Sequence record: NC_070869.1
Reading direction: 5' to 3' (one strand)
Length of the DNA stretch: 64,000 nt
From: Escherichia phage vB_EcoP_SP5M
Under the pieces are notes generated by a model. That model did not search any database. It was given only the letters and a program-made list of their open reading frames with translations, and was not told the origin of the DNA. Shown one piece after another: positions 26,564 through 38,100 of this stretch; the first letter of the stretch is position 1; each line of letters begins with the position of its first letter. The position numbers were made by a program, and so were the translations under genes.

Positions 26564-26629
26564 TCCGGTGTAGGTACTAGTGTCGTGCACGGCATGAGTG
26601 TTCTGGTTCGAGTCCAGACGCCGGAACCA
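26564..26629 (+). ncRNA. tRNA-like minihelix (acceptor stem + T arm + CCA), 63 nt
   Basis: T arm TCTGG-TTCGAGT-CCAGA, acceptor TCCGGTG/CGCCGGA, discriminator A, encoded CCA; only 31 nt between acceptor and T arm and no anticodon stem-loop can be formed. Confidence 0.35.
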
Positions 26630-26631
26630 AT

Positions 26632-26755
26632 TACCAGTTGCACGAGATGGCTTGACATGTTCAAGTTTGGACTAAGTGTGACACCGCTAGATTGGAGGGC
26701 TGCTGCGGTAAGCTATAGACTCCAACCGGAGGTTCGAATCCTTCACTGGTAACCA
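26632..26755 (+). ncRNA. tRNA-like RNA, about 121 nt, with T arm, acceptor stem and CCA
   Basis: T arm GGAGG-TTCGAAT-CCTTC, acceptor TACCAGT/ACTGGTA, discriminator A, CCA; interior about 48 nt longer than a tRNA and not foldable into a cloverleaf by hand. Confidence 0.35.
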
Positions 26756-27031
26756 ATTCAAAGTAGCACTCGTTCATACTTCCCGGTATTTAAAGACACA
26801 TTCTTGTGTGAGTGCTACTTTGAGTTGGTAAAACCAAATAAAAGTCGCCAGGTACTTATGGCAAACGGGTAGTAACGAACTAGTCATTCGTCAAACGCCC
26901 ACCCAATTATGAGTCAGCAAGAACGCCTTCACTTAAACTTAAACAAAAAAGCTTAACGCAATAATTATGTAGGGGTATGTAAGGATTGCGAAGAAGGAGC
27001 CAGTTAGAGCCTGGCATGACTCACCTATTAA

Positions 27032-27104
27032 TACCCGGTAGGCTTAGTGGTAAAGCCCCACTAGTAAACCAACTAGGACGCAGGTTCGAATCCTGCCCGG
27101 GTAA
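27032..27104 (+). tRNA. tRNA, isotype undetermined (non-canonical anticodon loop)
   Basis: Acceptor TACCCGG/CCGGGTA, D arm GGCT-TAGTGGTAA-AGCC, T arm GCAGG-TTCGAAT-CCTGC; anticodon arm folds only as CTAGT/ACTAG with a 6-nt loop AAACCA (or 4-bp stem with 8-nt loop). Confidence 0.5.
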
Positions 27105-27113
27105 TCATATTAT

Positions 27114-27190
27114 GTCCGCTTAGCTTAGACTGGGAAAGCAACCGACTAATAATCGGAAGGTCACTGGTTCAAATCCAGTAGTGGACACCA
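27114..27190 (+). tRNA. tRNA with encoded CCA; anticodon loop CUAAUAA (apparent anticodon AAU)
   Basis: Acceptor GTCCGCT/AGTGGAC, D arm GCTT-AGACTGGGA-AAGC, anticodon stem CCGA/TCGG with loop CTAATAA, T arm ACTGG-TTCAAAT-CCAGT, discriminator A + CCA. Confidence 0.6.
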
Positions 27191-27424
27191 ATTCAGCAGT
27201 AACATAGTCCTGATTGCATAGCACTCTAAAGACAACACTGGTAAGACAGTCCAGTGGCTGCTAATGTATTGTTATTCCCCTCGACGGGAATTTCGCTAGT
27301 GAAGGTAACACTTAAAAATCCAAACCTACGTCTTACTACTATCAGGCTATCAACCCATGGTCGCTTAACCCTATAGTGATAGTAGTTTGACGGCCTGCTT
27401 CGTTGACTGCGTTAAAGTCACTAA

Positions 27425-27460
27425 GTCCCCTGGAGCCGCCACTCTGGGGGACTTTTTTAT
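27425..27460 (+). terminator. Rho-independent terminator after the tRNA region
   Basis: 11-bp stem GTCCCCTGGAG/CTCTGGGGGAC (two G.U) followed by TTTTTTATTT. Confidence 0.8.
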
Positions 27461-27629
27461 TTGAGAATTACTTATTGGACGATTCATATGATTGACCTAA
27501 TCTTAACCCCATATGCCTATGAGGTAACGGATAACCGAGGACGTAAGTCTTTAGTATTTGCAGGTAGCGTAGCCTATAACAACGCAGTCATGTTTAAATA
27601 CACACTCAAACCACTCTATGAGGCTAATA

Positions 27630-28010
27630 ATGGCAACAGTAAGCAAAGAATCAATCGAAGCTAAGATTAAGAGCGTCTACTATTTCAATGGTGCTGATGC
27701 AGTGAAGTCTGCATTCGTTAACCCTTCTGCACTTCCGGCAGACGATTTGGCTAACCTGGGCCTGGTAACATACTGTGTTATCATCCTGGAAAATGGCTTT
27801 AAAGTTGAGGGTGTATCTGCCTGTGCTGATCCGTCCATCTATGATGAATGGAAAGGTCGTCAGTATGCATATGAAAATGCATTCAATAAGATCTGGGAAT
27901 TGGAGGGTTACCTCCTACGTCAGGCGCTGCATGAGCAAGCCCAGAGCCAGGAAATGTTAAAGGGCTTCCTGGAAAATAATGAGTGTGAAGGTGGGGGTTG
28001 TAAAATTTAA
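27630..28010 (+). CDS. hypothetical protein
   Basis: ATG 27630 with GAGG upstream (track start 27618); conserved-looking core LVTYCVIILENGFKVEGVSACADPS. Confidence 0.5.
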   Translation: MATVSKESIEAKIKSVYYFNGADAVKSAFVNPSALPADDLANLGLVTYCVIILENGFKVEGVSACADPSIYDEWKGRQYAYENAFNKIWELEGYLLRQALHEQAQSQEMLKGFLENNECEGGGCKI

Positions 28011-28258
28011 TGGATATAGACCCTAAAGTTGGGTTTGCTTCTGTTAAAGTTTTAGCTAAAAGCGGAAAAATTACTTCTGAGCCAGCTTACCATCATAAGT
28101 TCCCCATTGGGGAAACAGCAGATACAATCAATGTAAATAAGTTGGAAAAGGAATTACTTAGTATGGCTAAACACCATGTAAGCAAGCATCCCCCTACAGA
28201 GTATGAAGCTAAGTTCGGATACTTCATTGAGTATACGAAAGGGCAATATTCTAAATAA
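28010..28258 (+). CDS. hypothetical protein
   Basis: ATG overlapping upstream stop; 82 codons. Confidence 0.45.
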   Translation: MDIDPKVGFASVKVLAKSGKITSEPAYHHKFPIGETADTINVNKLEKELLSMAKHHVSKHPPTEYEAKFGYFIEYTKGQYSK

Positions 28259-28365
28259 AAGTTAGTGGTGGTTGCACCATTTAACAAACAAGTGTAAGGT
28301 AGTTTTTACCGAAAGGTACTGAACTACCCGACATGTGGTAAGGCTCTAGAAGCCAAAACAAAACA

Positions 28366-28393
28366 AGCCCTCCTAGTGAGGGCTTTATCATTT
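28366..28393 (+). terminator. terminator-like hairpin
   Basis: Stem AGCCCTC/GAGGGCT followed by TTATCATTT. Confidence 0.4.
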
Positions 28394-28402
28394 GAGGTAG
28401 TT

Positions 28403-28891
28403 ATGTCAGAAGAAATTAAAGTTCACTTCACCAATTACATTGGAACCAAGTGTGTAAATGGTTTCAAGATGAACAAAGAAACATATTGCAAACTTCGTGG
28501 ATGGGATGTGCCTGCTAATGAAGACCCATTAGAAGTAGGTTACTTAGTAGAATACCCGGATTCTAAACCTAACCATGAGCAATTCCGTGGTTATATTAGC
28601 TGGTCACCGAGGGTTGCATTTGAAGCTGCATATTGTGATGTAGATAAGGGTTGTACTTTTGGTCACGTAGTAGAACTTATAAAACTAGGTCACAGACTGA
28701 CCCGTAAAAGCTGGAATGGTAAGGGAATGTATATCACCCTAGTACCTGGTGAAAATTGGGCTATGGATAAACATGAGAATACCGTGTGTGAGAAACGGGA
28801 TTGGTTGGGCATCAAAACTGTTGATGACCAGTTTATGCCTTGGGTTCCATCCCAATCGGATGTATTAGCTGAAGACTGGGTAATTCTGTAG
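28403..28891 (+). CDS. hypothetical protein
   Basis: ATG 28403 with GAGG upstream (track start 28376 is GTG inside the hairpin); segment RKSWNGKGMYITLVPG. Confidence 0.5.
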   Translation: MSEEIKVHFTNYIGTKCVNGFKMNKETYCKLRGWDVPANEDPLEVGYLVEYPDSKPNHEQFRGYISWSPRVAFEAAYCDVDKGCTFGHVVELIKLGHRLTRKSWNGKGMYITLVPGENWAMDKHENTVCEKRDWLGIKTVDDQFMPWVPSQSDVLAEDWVIL

Positions 28892-28900
28892 GAAACTATT

Positions 28901-29131
28901 ATGACGCAAGTATCTATTACCTCTGTTGTTCGTGAAGCCATTCTCAACAATACTGTCCGTACATATTCATTCGATGAAATCGCAGAGAAGCTGGGAGTAA
29001 CTCGTTACGTAGCTAAGAAACTTTACTTCACTTTCCTGTGGTTCCCTACGGAGGAAACATTACGGAAGATTAAAGAGACTGGTAAATTTCCAAGTGAAGG
29101 ACGTAAGCCTAAAATGTGGAAAACACCCTGA
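28901..29131 (+). CDS. hypothetical protein
   Basis: ATG with AGGAAA RBS; 76 codons. Confidence 0.45.
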   Translation: MTQVSITSVVREAILNNTVRTYSFDEIAEKLGVTRYVAKKLYFTFLWFPTEETLRKIKETGKFPSEGRKPKMWKTP

Positions 29132-29145
29132 CTTCTAAAAGCAAA

Positions 29146-29172
29146 GCCCCTCATAGAGGGGCTTTTTTATTT
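29146..29172. terminator. bidirectional terminator between convergent plus-strand genes and the RNA polymerase gene
   Basis: Stem GCCCCTC/GAGGGGC, loop ATA; TTTTTTATTTT on plus side and TTTGCTTTT on minus side. Confidence 0.85.
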
Positions 29173-32100
29173 TAGTTTACTAAGTTCATCCAAGGGTTCA
29201 GGTTGTGAGCACGAAGCCCCTGACCAAAGCCCCATGAGTAATCCAGACTACCCTTAGCAGCAATGCTAAAGATGTTGTCCTGAATAGGTAAGCCAACGTT
29301 ACCAAACATGGTAGGAGTTGGAGCCAGCATCGCCATTGCTGCATGTACTGGGTTGTTACGAATCATGGACACTGCAACTTTTGCTGAACGAATCTTAAAG
29401 TTGTAGAACCACATTAAACCAACACTTTCCATATACCCACGGAAGCGACCCGGCAGACGGTCATAGTTAACGAACTCTTCCGTTACACGTCCCAGTGCTT
29501 CTTCACGAGTCTTACCTTTACGCTGGGTCAGTTCATCATAGATGATTGCTTTAGCGATAAAGTCAGAGTACTCAACAGTCTTCTGGATACCCTGGAACAA
29601 AGCAGTATCCTTAGTGATAAGTGCATAACGACCAGCAGTACGCACTGACTTAGGTAACTTATCAGCCAGCTTATCCATGTATTCGTGAAGTTTGCCCTCA
29701 GTAATCAGGATGTCATCACGACCGATACCAGCATCCGCAATTGAAGAGAACTCACCAGCTTCTAACAGAGGCCAGATACTCATACGCTTATGGCTATCAG
29801 TAATGGACTGAATCTCAGCCTTAAGTTTACGAATCTGGTTCGGGTTAGTAGCTGCACGTAATTCTGCTTCTGCATCTACCTGACGTAGACGAGATTTCAG
29901 GTACTGATTAATCTCAGCAGTCTTCTGTGGAATGCTCTTAGCAATGTTCTTAACCGGTACGCCACGGGCAACCATCTGGTAAAGGTTAGCCAAGAAGTTA
30001 ACAGCAGGTACGACTACTGACTTAACTACAATCAGAGTCTTAGCTTCTTTAACTAAGTTTTGAACCAGGTTCTCACCACCCATTGTGTACTTATATGCAC
30101 GGTTACCAAATACACCCAGCATAGCTTTCTTGAAGGTATCCAATGTTTCTGGGGACCAACGAGAATTACCAGACCAAGCATCCCCAACGGAAGCTGCACG
30201 ATAACCAAGTGCATCATTCAGCATGTCACGACGCACCCACAGTTCACCTTCACCGAATAAACTCTCTGCTTTCCGTCGAGTTTCACTGTTCATCAGCTTG
30301 AGAGCATCAGCAGTTACTGGGTCCAGTTTAGAACCAAGAAGATTCACATACTGGGACTTATTAGAGGCAGACATTTTAATGTCGTTCTCATACATGCTAT
30401 GCAGGTTCTCAATCAGCATATCGTTGAAGCGTTGAGCCTTAGCTTCTTCCACCTGACGACCACGCCATACACCAATTGCACGGGCAAGATGGTTCTCACC
30501 TTCAATGTGCTTCAGCATGTTAGGGTCAATGGATTGCTCATAGGCAACTACATTACCTTTATCGTCATATACTGGCAGCAGTGGTTCGTTGCCACGTTCA
30601 CCACGAGCCAGTGCTTTAGTGATACGGTCTACGGAAGGTTTGTCAGTAATACGACCAGCTACCATTGAACCTACCGTAAATCCTGTACCAAGATCTACAC
30701 CACCAGCAGTATCACGAACGTTCTGTAGGATACCCTGTGAGAATGGAGCCTGTGCCTGTACTGGTGCAAAGTAGTAGCTACGTGCTGGACCACGGTTAGC
30801 AGAGCTACCTTGATAAGTACCAAGACGTACATAGGACTTCTCAATCAAATCACCAAACTGGCTATCTTCAGCAACAATCAGATTAACACCCTGTTTAGTC
30901 TCACTAGGGATATGCCCTTTGTACTGGTTCAGAGTTGCACGTGGGTCAGACTTGGCTTTAGCCATTTCATCTTTACGCTGACCAACCAGATAAGAAGTAG
31001 CAAAGTCCATTCCATCAACTTCTGTCTGAGCCAGTGAAGATAACATTTCACGGTCAGACTTGTTCATTGCTTCCAGTGCATACAGGGTAATAAGTTTATC
31101 CAGTTGAGCTACATCTACAGTAGATCGAGCAGCCTGACGTTCACCCAGCATACGGGAGATTGCAGTAGCATTACGCAGTAGGTTATTACCAACTGTACCG
31201 TTAATCATGTACTGAGCCAGTTGCTTAGATTTACGATTAATCAGGGGCCAGTTACGACCAGCTTGTTTCTGCAAATCTGCTTCCAGCTTATTCACTTCAC
31301 GGTCAACAATCTTCTGGTCAGACAGCAGGTCACGGATTTCAGCCAGAGACATAGTATCCCGAAGAACAGCTAAGTCAGTTTTACCCATACCAGTGTGCAT
31401 TGCTTTCCACTCATCATTAGTCAGCTTACGACTGAACTTAGATGCGATAGTGGTAGGCAGATGTTCACGGAATTGCTGTCGGTCTGCTTGTACCTGTGCA
31501 CGAACTGCTTTAATCAAATCGTATACAGAAGCATTGCTCTTAGTACGACCGGTTAAGTCATTAATTAAGTCATGAAAAGGTTGCCATACCTTACCCTGGT
31601 TCATTGCTGCCATAACACCTTCAGCTACAATTGCACCATTCTTCTCTGTAGCAATAGCAGCTACCAGTTGTGCAGCATGAGCAGCACCTTTGACCAATGG
31701 GTTCTTAGTATTAGCTGCAACTTCACGAGCACTTTCTAAAGCACGAGTAGACAGTGCATCAATAGAATCCACCAGATACTGGTTAGCTCGGTCAATAGCA
31801 TTACCACTGGGAGTAGCAACGGAATCATAGAATGACTGTGCATTGAGGCTAGTCTGCATGATTGTCTGAGCCAGTGCATCCATACCTTCCTGTACGTTAG
31901 TAGCTTTGGTATCACCTGCTACACGGGCATTCAGGCTAGACATTGCAGCAGTACCAATGTTAGTCAGCATTGCATCAACGGTATTACCAGATTTCTTATC
32001 TGCTTTCATAACTGGAATGTTAGCCAGTACATTACGTACTTCTTCGCTAACCATTGCCAGACCAACAAAGGTAGGCAGTAAGGAAGAACGACCCTGTGCA

Positions 32101-35100
32101 TCAAACTCAATGTTGTTAGCACCCATGATTGTATCGAACTTCTGTTGAGCATAGTAACGGTCAGCAGGGTTAGTACTATCTGGGTCAGCCATGAATGCTT
32201 CAACGGTCAGGTTCTTAGTAACGTGTGCATAGTATTCCTGTACACGAGAAAGAGCTGCCGGACTAATAGCAGCTTCGGTAGCCAGTGCAGCAACGATATT
32301 AGTGAACAGACGTTGCTCCTGCATATTCATAGTGAAGCCATGGGCCTGAACATCACGGGTTACTTTAGTTGCATTCACTACTGCATCAGAGAACTTACCT
32401 TTACGAATTACTTGCTGTACTGGTTCAGAACCAATGTAGTTAGTAATCAGTTTATCAAAGGTCTGCCCCAACTCTTCCAGACGGGTATTGTCACCGTATG
32501 CCTTGTTATGGAACAAGGTAGTGTCCTTGGATACAGCAGCAGTAGGAGCCTGTCCACGCATAACCACAGAGGAGTTAAACAGTAAGCCAGAGAACATATC
32601 ATCTGCATTAGCAGGTGCTTTCTTGCGACCAAATACCAGACGCTTGATTGCTTCATACACAGACTGAACCATAGCTTTCAGTGCTGTGGTCTTCTTCTGC
32701 TTACCAATCAATTCACGGTTGGTTAAACCCCAAGCCATGTACTCATTCAGTGCAGCAGCTTTAGCCATTGCAGGTTCAATGAAGCCATTAGACAGGTGAC
32801 CATTAATGGTAATAAGTGCATCAGCATATGCTTCACGTACTGCCGGAGATTCGTTCTTAACATCCAGAGTACGGAACTGGTTCATCAGGTCTTCAATATT
32901 CTGGACTGCTTCATTATGAGTACCCTCGTAGTGAGCCAGTACAGATTCAAAAGTGGAAGCATGTACCAATTCATGAACCAGAGTCTCTAAGGAAGGGGTA
33001 ACTAAGTAGATGGTCTTATCATCGAAGTTAGTCCAACCATACGCATTACCTGCTTCGGCAGCTTCAATATCTTCCGGTGCTGGACGGGTAATGTTCTTCT
33101 CAATAGCATAAGCATCCAGTTGAGCAGGTGTACCGTAAACAACCTTGTAGTCTTTAGCAGCAAGAGATTTCTGTACTTCCTTCAATACTGCTTGCTGCTC
33201 AGGAGACATCTCTTTAGCCAGCTTAGTAATAGCAGTATTGGACAGCAGACGTACACCAGACTTAAGTACACGACCAACTTGTTCCATTGCTGGAATTTCT
33301 TTCACTGGTTCTGCTTTAGCAGCACGTACTGCATCACGACGCTTGTTTAATTCAGCATCAAACAGTTCGTTCAACTTAGCTACTTGCTGGTCTACAGTCA
33401 GACCTTCCAGAGAGATTTTACCGTTATTCACATAAGGAGCACCTACAGCAGCCATCTGGTCAACAGTGGTCTGCACCTGGTTCATTACTTTGTGGCGAAT
33501 ATCTACACCAAGAGCAATGTTACGCAGGTTACGTTCAATCTGTTCAGCACCTGCACGTAACAGGTCATCAGTAGCTCCCTCACGCTGGTCATATTCCAGA
33601 GCAGATTTAGCGATAGCCTGTTTGGTTTCATCAGACAGTTTGCTGAAGTCTACATTCTTCATGAACTTAGCGTAGGAGTCATAAACATTCTTGATAGGGT
33701 TACCCTGCCAAGAAGTGTATACAGCCTCGTTAGCTTTGCGACTTGCATCAGTGATGTCACTGATACCAATGTTCATACCATCAAAGATTTTCAAGGTATT
33801 CTTTGGAGCACCTTTCATAGTAGAAAGGGTCTGCATCATCATGCCATCACCAGTACCGATGGTCATAAATGGAATACCTGCAACACCTGCCTGTGAAGGA
33901 GCATAGATGCTCATTGGCACACGCATACGGTCATCTAAGTTGGTAGCCAGTACTTGGTTAGCAACATCAGTATTCTCACTACCAGCAATGTAGAAAGTCT
34001 GTGAGCCAGTCTCAATCATTGGAGCCAGTGGAGATAAAGATTCCTGGATTTCATTCAGTTCTTTCTGTGTTAAGAAATCACCCTTCTTCCAGGTTGAGTC
34101 TTTTTCTTTTTCTGCCAGCTTAGCCTGTACTGCTTGCTGGAACATATCCTGCAATACCAGAGACTGAATCTGGGTAGCCTTCTGCAAGTTCTCAGTAGAG
34201 TGCATCAGACCTTCACCAACAGTATTACGGATACCAGTACGCATTGGTTCAACGAACAGGTAGAGCATGTTCTCTTGTAAGTTCTTCAGGGCATTACCGG
34301 ATACGGTAAATTTCTGAGGGTTTAACTTACCAGTCAGAGCACCATCTACTTGCTGAATAGACAACTCACCTTTACGCACAACTGGAACATTGCCAGTCAG
34401 TGCTTCCATAGAAGTAAGGAAAGTATCCAGCATAGCCTGAGCATCAGCCTCAGACGCAGCCTCCTTACCAAACATTGCCATAGCTGGGGAAATGCTAGGG
34501 TCAGCAGCCCGTGCTTGCAGAACGTCACTGAGGCGTTCATAGATGGTGTCAGTAATTGCACTAACCATCTTACCAGCAATACCACGAGCACCAGAACCAT
34601 AGATGGTAATGGTCAGTGGGTTTTTGGCGATACCACGTTTCAGGTCCAGAGTACCGTCTTCATTCAGGTTGAAGTCTTTAATGAACAAGTCCATTAACTT
34701 CTGAAGATGGTTCATCTGGCTCATAACTGGAACGTTGTTACGGTAAGTAGTACGTAACTCATTCAGGGCTTGTTGCAGACCATTGGTAGATGCTTCATAC
34801 AGGTCAACACTGTCATCCTGTGAACGATGCTCGTTCATAGTCTTACCAGCTTTACCAAAGAACAAACCACCCTTAGCAGTATTCTTAATCCAGTCTGGAG
34901 TGAACTTACCACCAGTCATTAATACCATTGCGTTGATTGGGCCGTTAGTTACACCATCAGCTTCAACGTACAGTGGAGTATTAAAGTTGGCACGGTCATC
35001 GCTGTTCAGGTAACGAGCATATTCCATCAGAGCCATGAGAGCCACGAAGGATTTGTCACCACCCAGAGAAGTCTTCAGGATATCTACTGCATCAGCAGGT

Positions 35101-38100
35101 AAGTGACCAGACTTATCGAACTCAACCATCATATCAACAGCTGGCTTCAGATTGCCTTCCAGAGCCTTGGTCAGCTTTTCAGACATAGCCTCACGGGACA
35201 TGTTATGTACCTTGATGCCCAATGCCTGAGCCAGTCCTAGCTGGAAGTCAGAGTACGCTTGGCTGTTTTCATTACTTAAGTCGATAGTAGAGAAGGTCGG
35301 CAGAATTGCTTCACGAACCAGTTTACTGGATTGTGGGTTGTTCTTACCAAGCATCTGCATACGGCCTACACGAGTCATGTTGTAACTGTAGTGAATAGGA
35401 GTATCCAGTCCATTCTCTTGTTCTCGTATCTGATTAATTACACCGAACAGAGAATCATATGCCATAGACACGGACAGGTTTTTACCTTCCAGAGATTTAG
35501 CAGTGTTCTCATTCAGTAAGTCAGGATTAAGAGTACCAGCACCCATCAGTTCCAGAATGTTGTCACGGCCTAATGCTTCATAGAAGTTAACCATCGGCAT
35601 ATGTACACGGAACTCAGTAGCCTGTTCAGCTTTCAGAGCAGCTTTCTGCTCAGGGGTATTTTTAACAGCAGGATTACGTAACTGAGTTTGAGCCACGGAA
35701 GGAATGTCATCACCGAAGTACATTTTCTCTTCCGGATTTACCAGCACAGCTTCCTCAATTGCTGTAGGGAAATCATTAATAGGGTCTTTATCTGCCAGCT
35801 TATTAATGGTGTACAGACCAACAGTCTTATTAGAGTCTGGGTCAATCTCAGACACATCCAGCATAGTCTCAGTAACTGCACCCATCTCAATGAGAGAAGA
35901 CAGAATCTCTGTAGCCATTGCCATTGGGATACCTTTTGTATATCCCAAAGGTGCATTAGGATTGCGATTTAAACCCCAGTAGGATTCAATCTTCTGAGCC
36001 AGTGAGCTAGTAGCTTCAACCAGAGTCTGGGCATTCTCAAACTCAGCCAGAATACTTTCTGGTAACAGAGATGCTTCTACACCAGTAATAGCAGCTACAT
36101 CTTTCATATCTTTAATAGCAGCATTCTGTGTAGCAGTCAGTCGCCATTGCAGACCAGCAAGCACAGCAGTCTCTAACAACTGGTCATTGAACTTAAAGGT
36201 ATCACCATCTCGTTCAACGATATTCAGCAGTTTGCCACCTACCCAACGATTAGCCTCAGTACCTTCTGCAAAACGTTTACCAACATTTTTGTTAGCAAGG
36301 AACTTAGCCAGTCGTTCAGACAGAGTAGTCTTCAGAGTTTCCCCAAAGTCCATCAAGTCCTGATAACGTTTCATCACATCACTGGTGAGAGCGTTATTTT
36401 CTTTTTGAGTGAATGCTTCAAAGCGAGCAGCAGAAGACAGTGCTTGCTTAATATCAGTCAAAGGAGATTCAGAACCAATGGTACGGGACTTAGGTTCTTC
36501 TGGTAGGGTAAATGCTTTCAGGAACTGGTTCGGTGTCTTTTCATTGTTATAGACAGGGAACACTGTTTCCATTTCTGTTTTGGTTTCGACTACTTCCTGG
36601 GTAGCATCTACTGTTTCAGATTCAGTAGTAGAGACTTCTTCTGCTTTTGGACTAGTCTCCTTAGTAGGAGCAGTCTTATTTTCTACCACTGGTTTAGATT
36701 TAGGCTGTACAGTAGTAGTGTCCTCTTGCACTGGTGCAGGAGATTCATCAACCTGATTCACTGGTTCATTGGTCTGTTGGGATTGAGCAGCATCAAGACT
36801 GCCCTGACGGAACTCTTTAACTACCTGAGCAGCAGGCTTGTTCAGACGTGGATCCAACGAGGTAACTTTCACATGAGAAACATTAAGCTCCGGGTAAGCC
36901 GTAGCAAGTGCATTAGCAATATCAGCTACGGTTTTGGCCTCCAGTCCTACTTGCTGGGCAAACTTAACAGACTTGGTATCATAAGGATTGACACCGAGAC
37001 CAGTACGACTACGTACCCATTCACGGGAAGGCGAGAGAGCCTGATAATGAACAGACTTATTCTTATCCGCATTCCCAGAAATCAGATGCTCATTCAACGC
37101 TCCGACCTTATTCTGCATGTGCTGGGCGAACTTCATAAAGTCGCTCAGATAAGCGGAGGCCAAATCGAAGTTACCAGAGTTATACGCAGAACGAATGCGT
37201 TTCGCATGTTGCAACGCAGAGTACTGTCCTTCGTTAGAACGAGACTCGTCGGTTTTAATCTGTTTACTAACAATGTCTTGAGGACGTAAGCCTAGTTCTT
37301 CTGCTTTAGCGTCGAACTCACGTGCACCCTGTAATAAGGCAGCAGCCGATTGCAGGGCAGCACGTTGACGATTCCCCAGTGTAATCTTACCTTCACTTGC
37401 ATGTTTCAGAACCATGTTCACTGAATCTGCGTCCAGTACTTCTGGAGACACATCAGCAGCCATAGCAATGTTGTTTGCTTGGGCTTGGTTAGCTTCTTCA
37501 GTAGCTTTCAGCTTACCTGCTTCAGCCTGTTCCTGAATCATGGAATGGATAGCACGGAATGCACGGAGTACTTTAGGGGTATTCTGTACGTTAGCCATCA
37601 GACCGGAGAACTGGTCTACGATAGTAGCAGCAGGGGAACCTTGTTCCAGATTAGCCAGAGCACCTGGGTCACGGTTAATGAAGCTATCCATAGACATGAT
37701 GTTGTCATACATCTGGATTGCAGCTTCCATTTGAACGTTAGGGTCTTCGGCAGTATTAACCAGGTCAGCCATCTTCTGAATAGCTTCTACACGGTTAGTG
37801 GAACCAGAAACAGCTTCACGGATTACTGGGTTAGCTTGTTCCAATTCTACTGGGTCAAACTTCATTGCCTGAGTTAAGTCAGCAGCATACTGAGTAGCAG
37901 CAGCTTTCTCTTCTGGAGTGATATCCATTGCATCTACTGCTTCCTGTACAGTTGCTTGTGCTTGCTCTGCCTGAGCAGCAGCTTCCTGTGCAGCAGCGTT
38001 AACCGTAGCATCAGCTACAGGGGATGCTTGTTCATTACGCTTAGCAACTTCTTCACCACGTTGAACCAGGATGTTAGTAAGAGGAGATGCAGCTTTTGCT

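Noticed and set aside
26372-26752. ORFs 26534-26752 (+) and 26372-26590 (-) in the structured RNA region
   Set aside because: They overlap the tRNA-like elements and hairpins, lack RBS, and their reading frames are explained by the GC-rich structured RNA.
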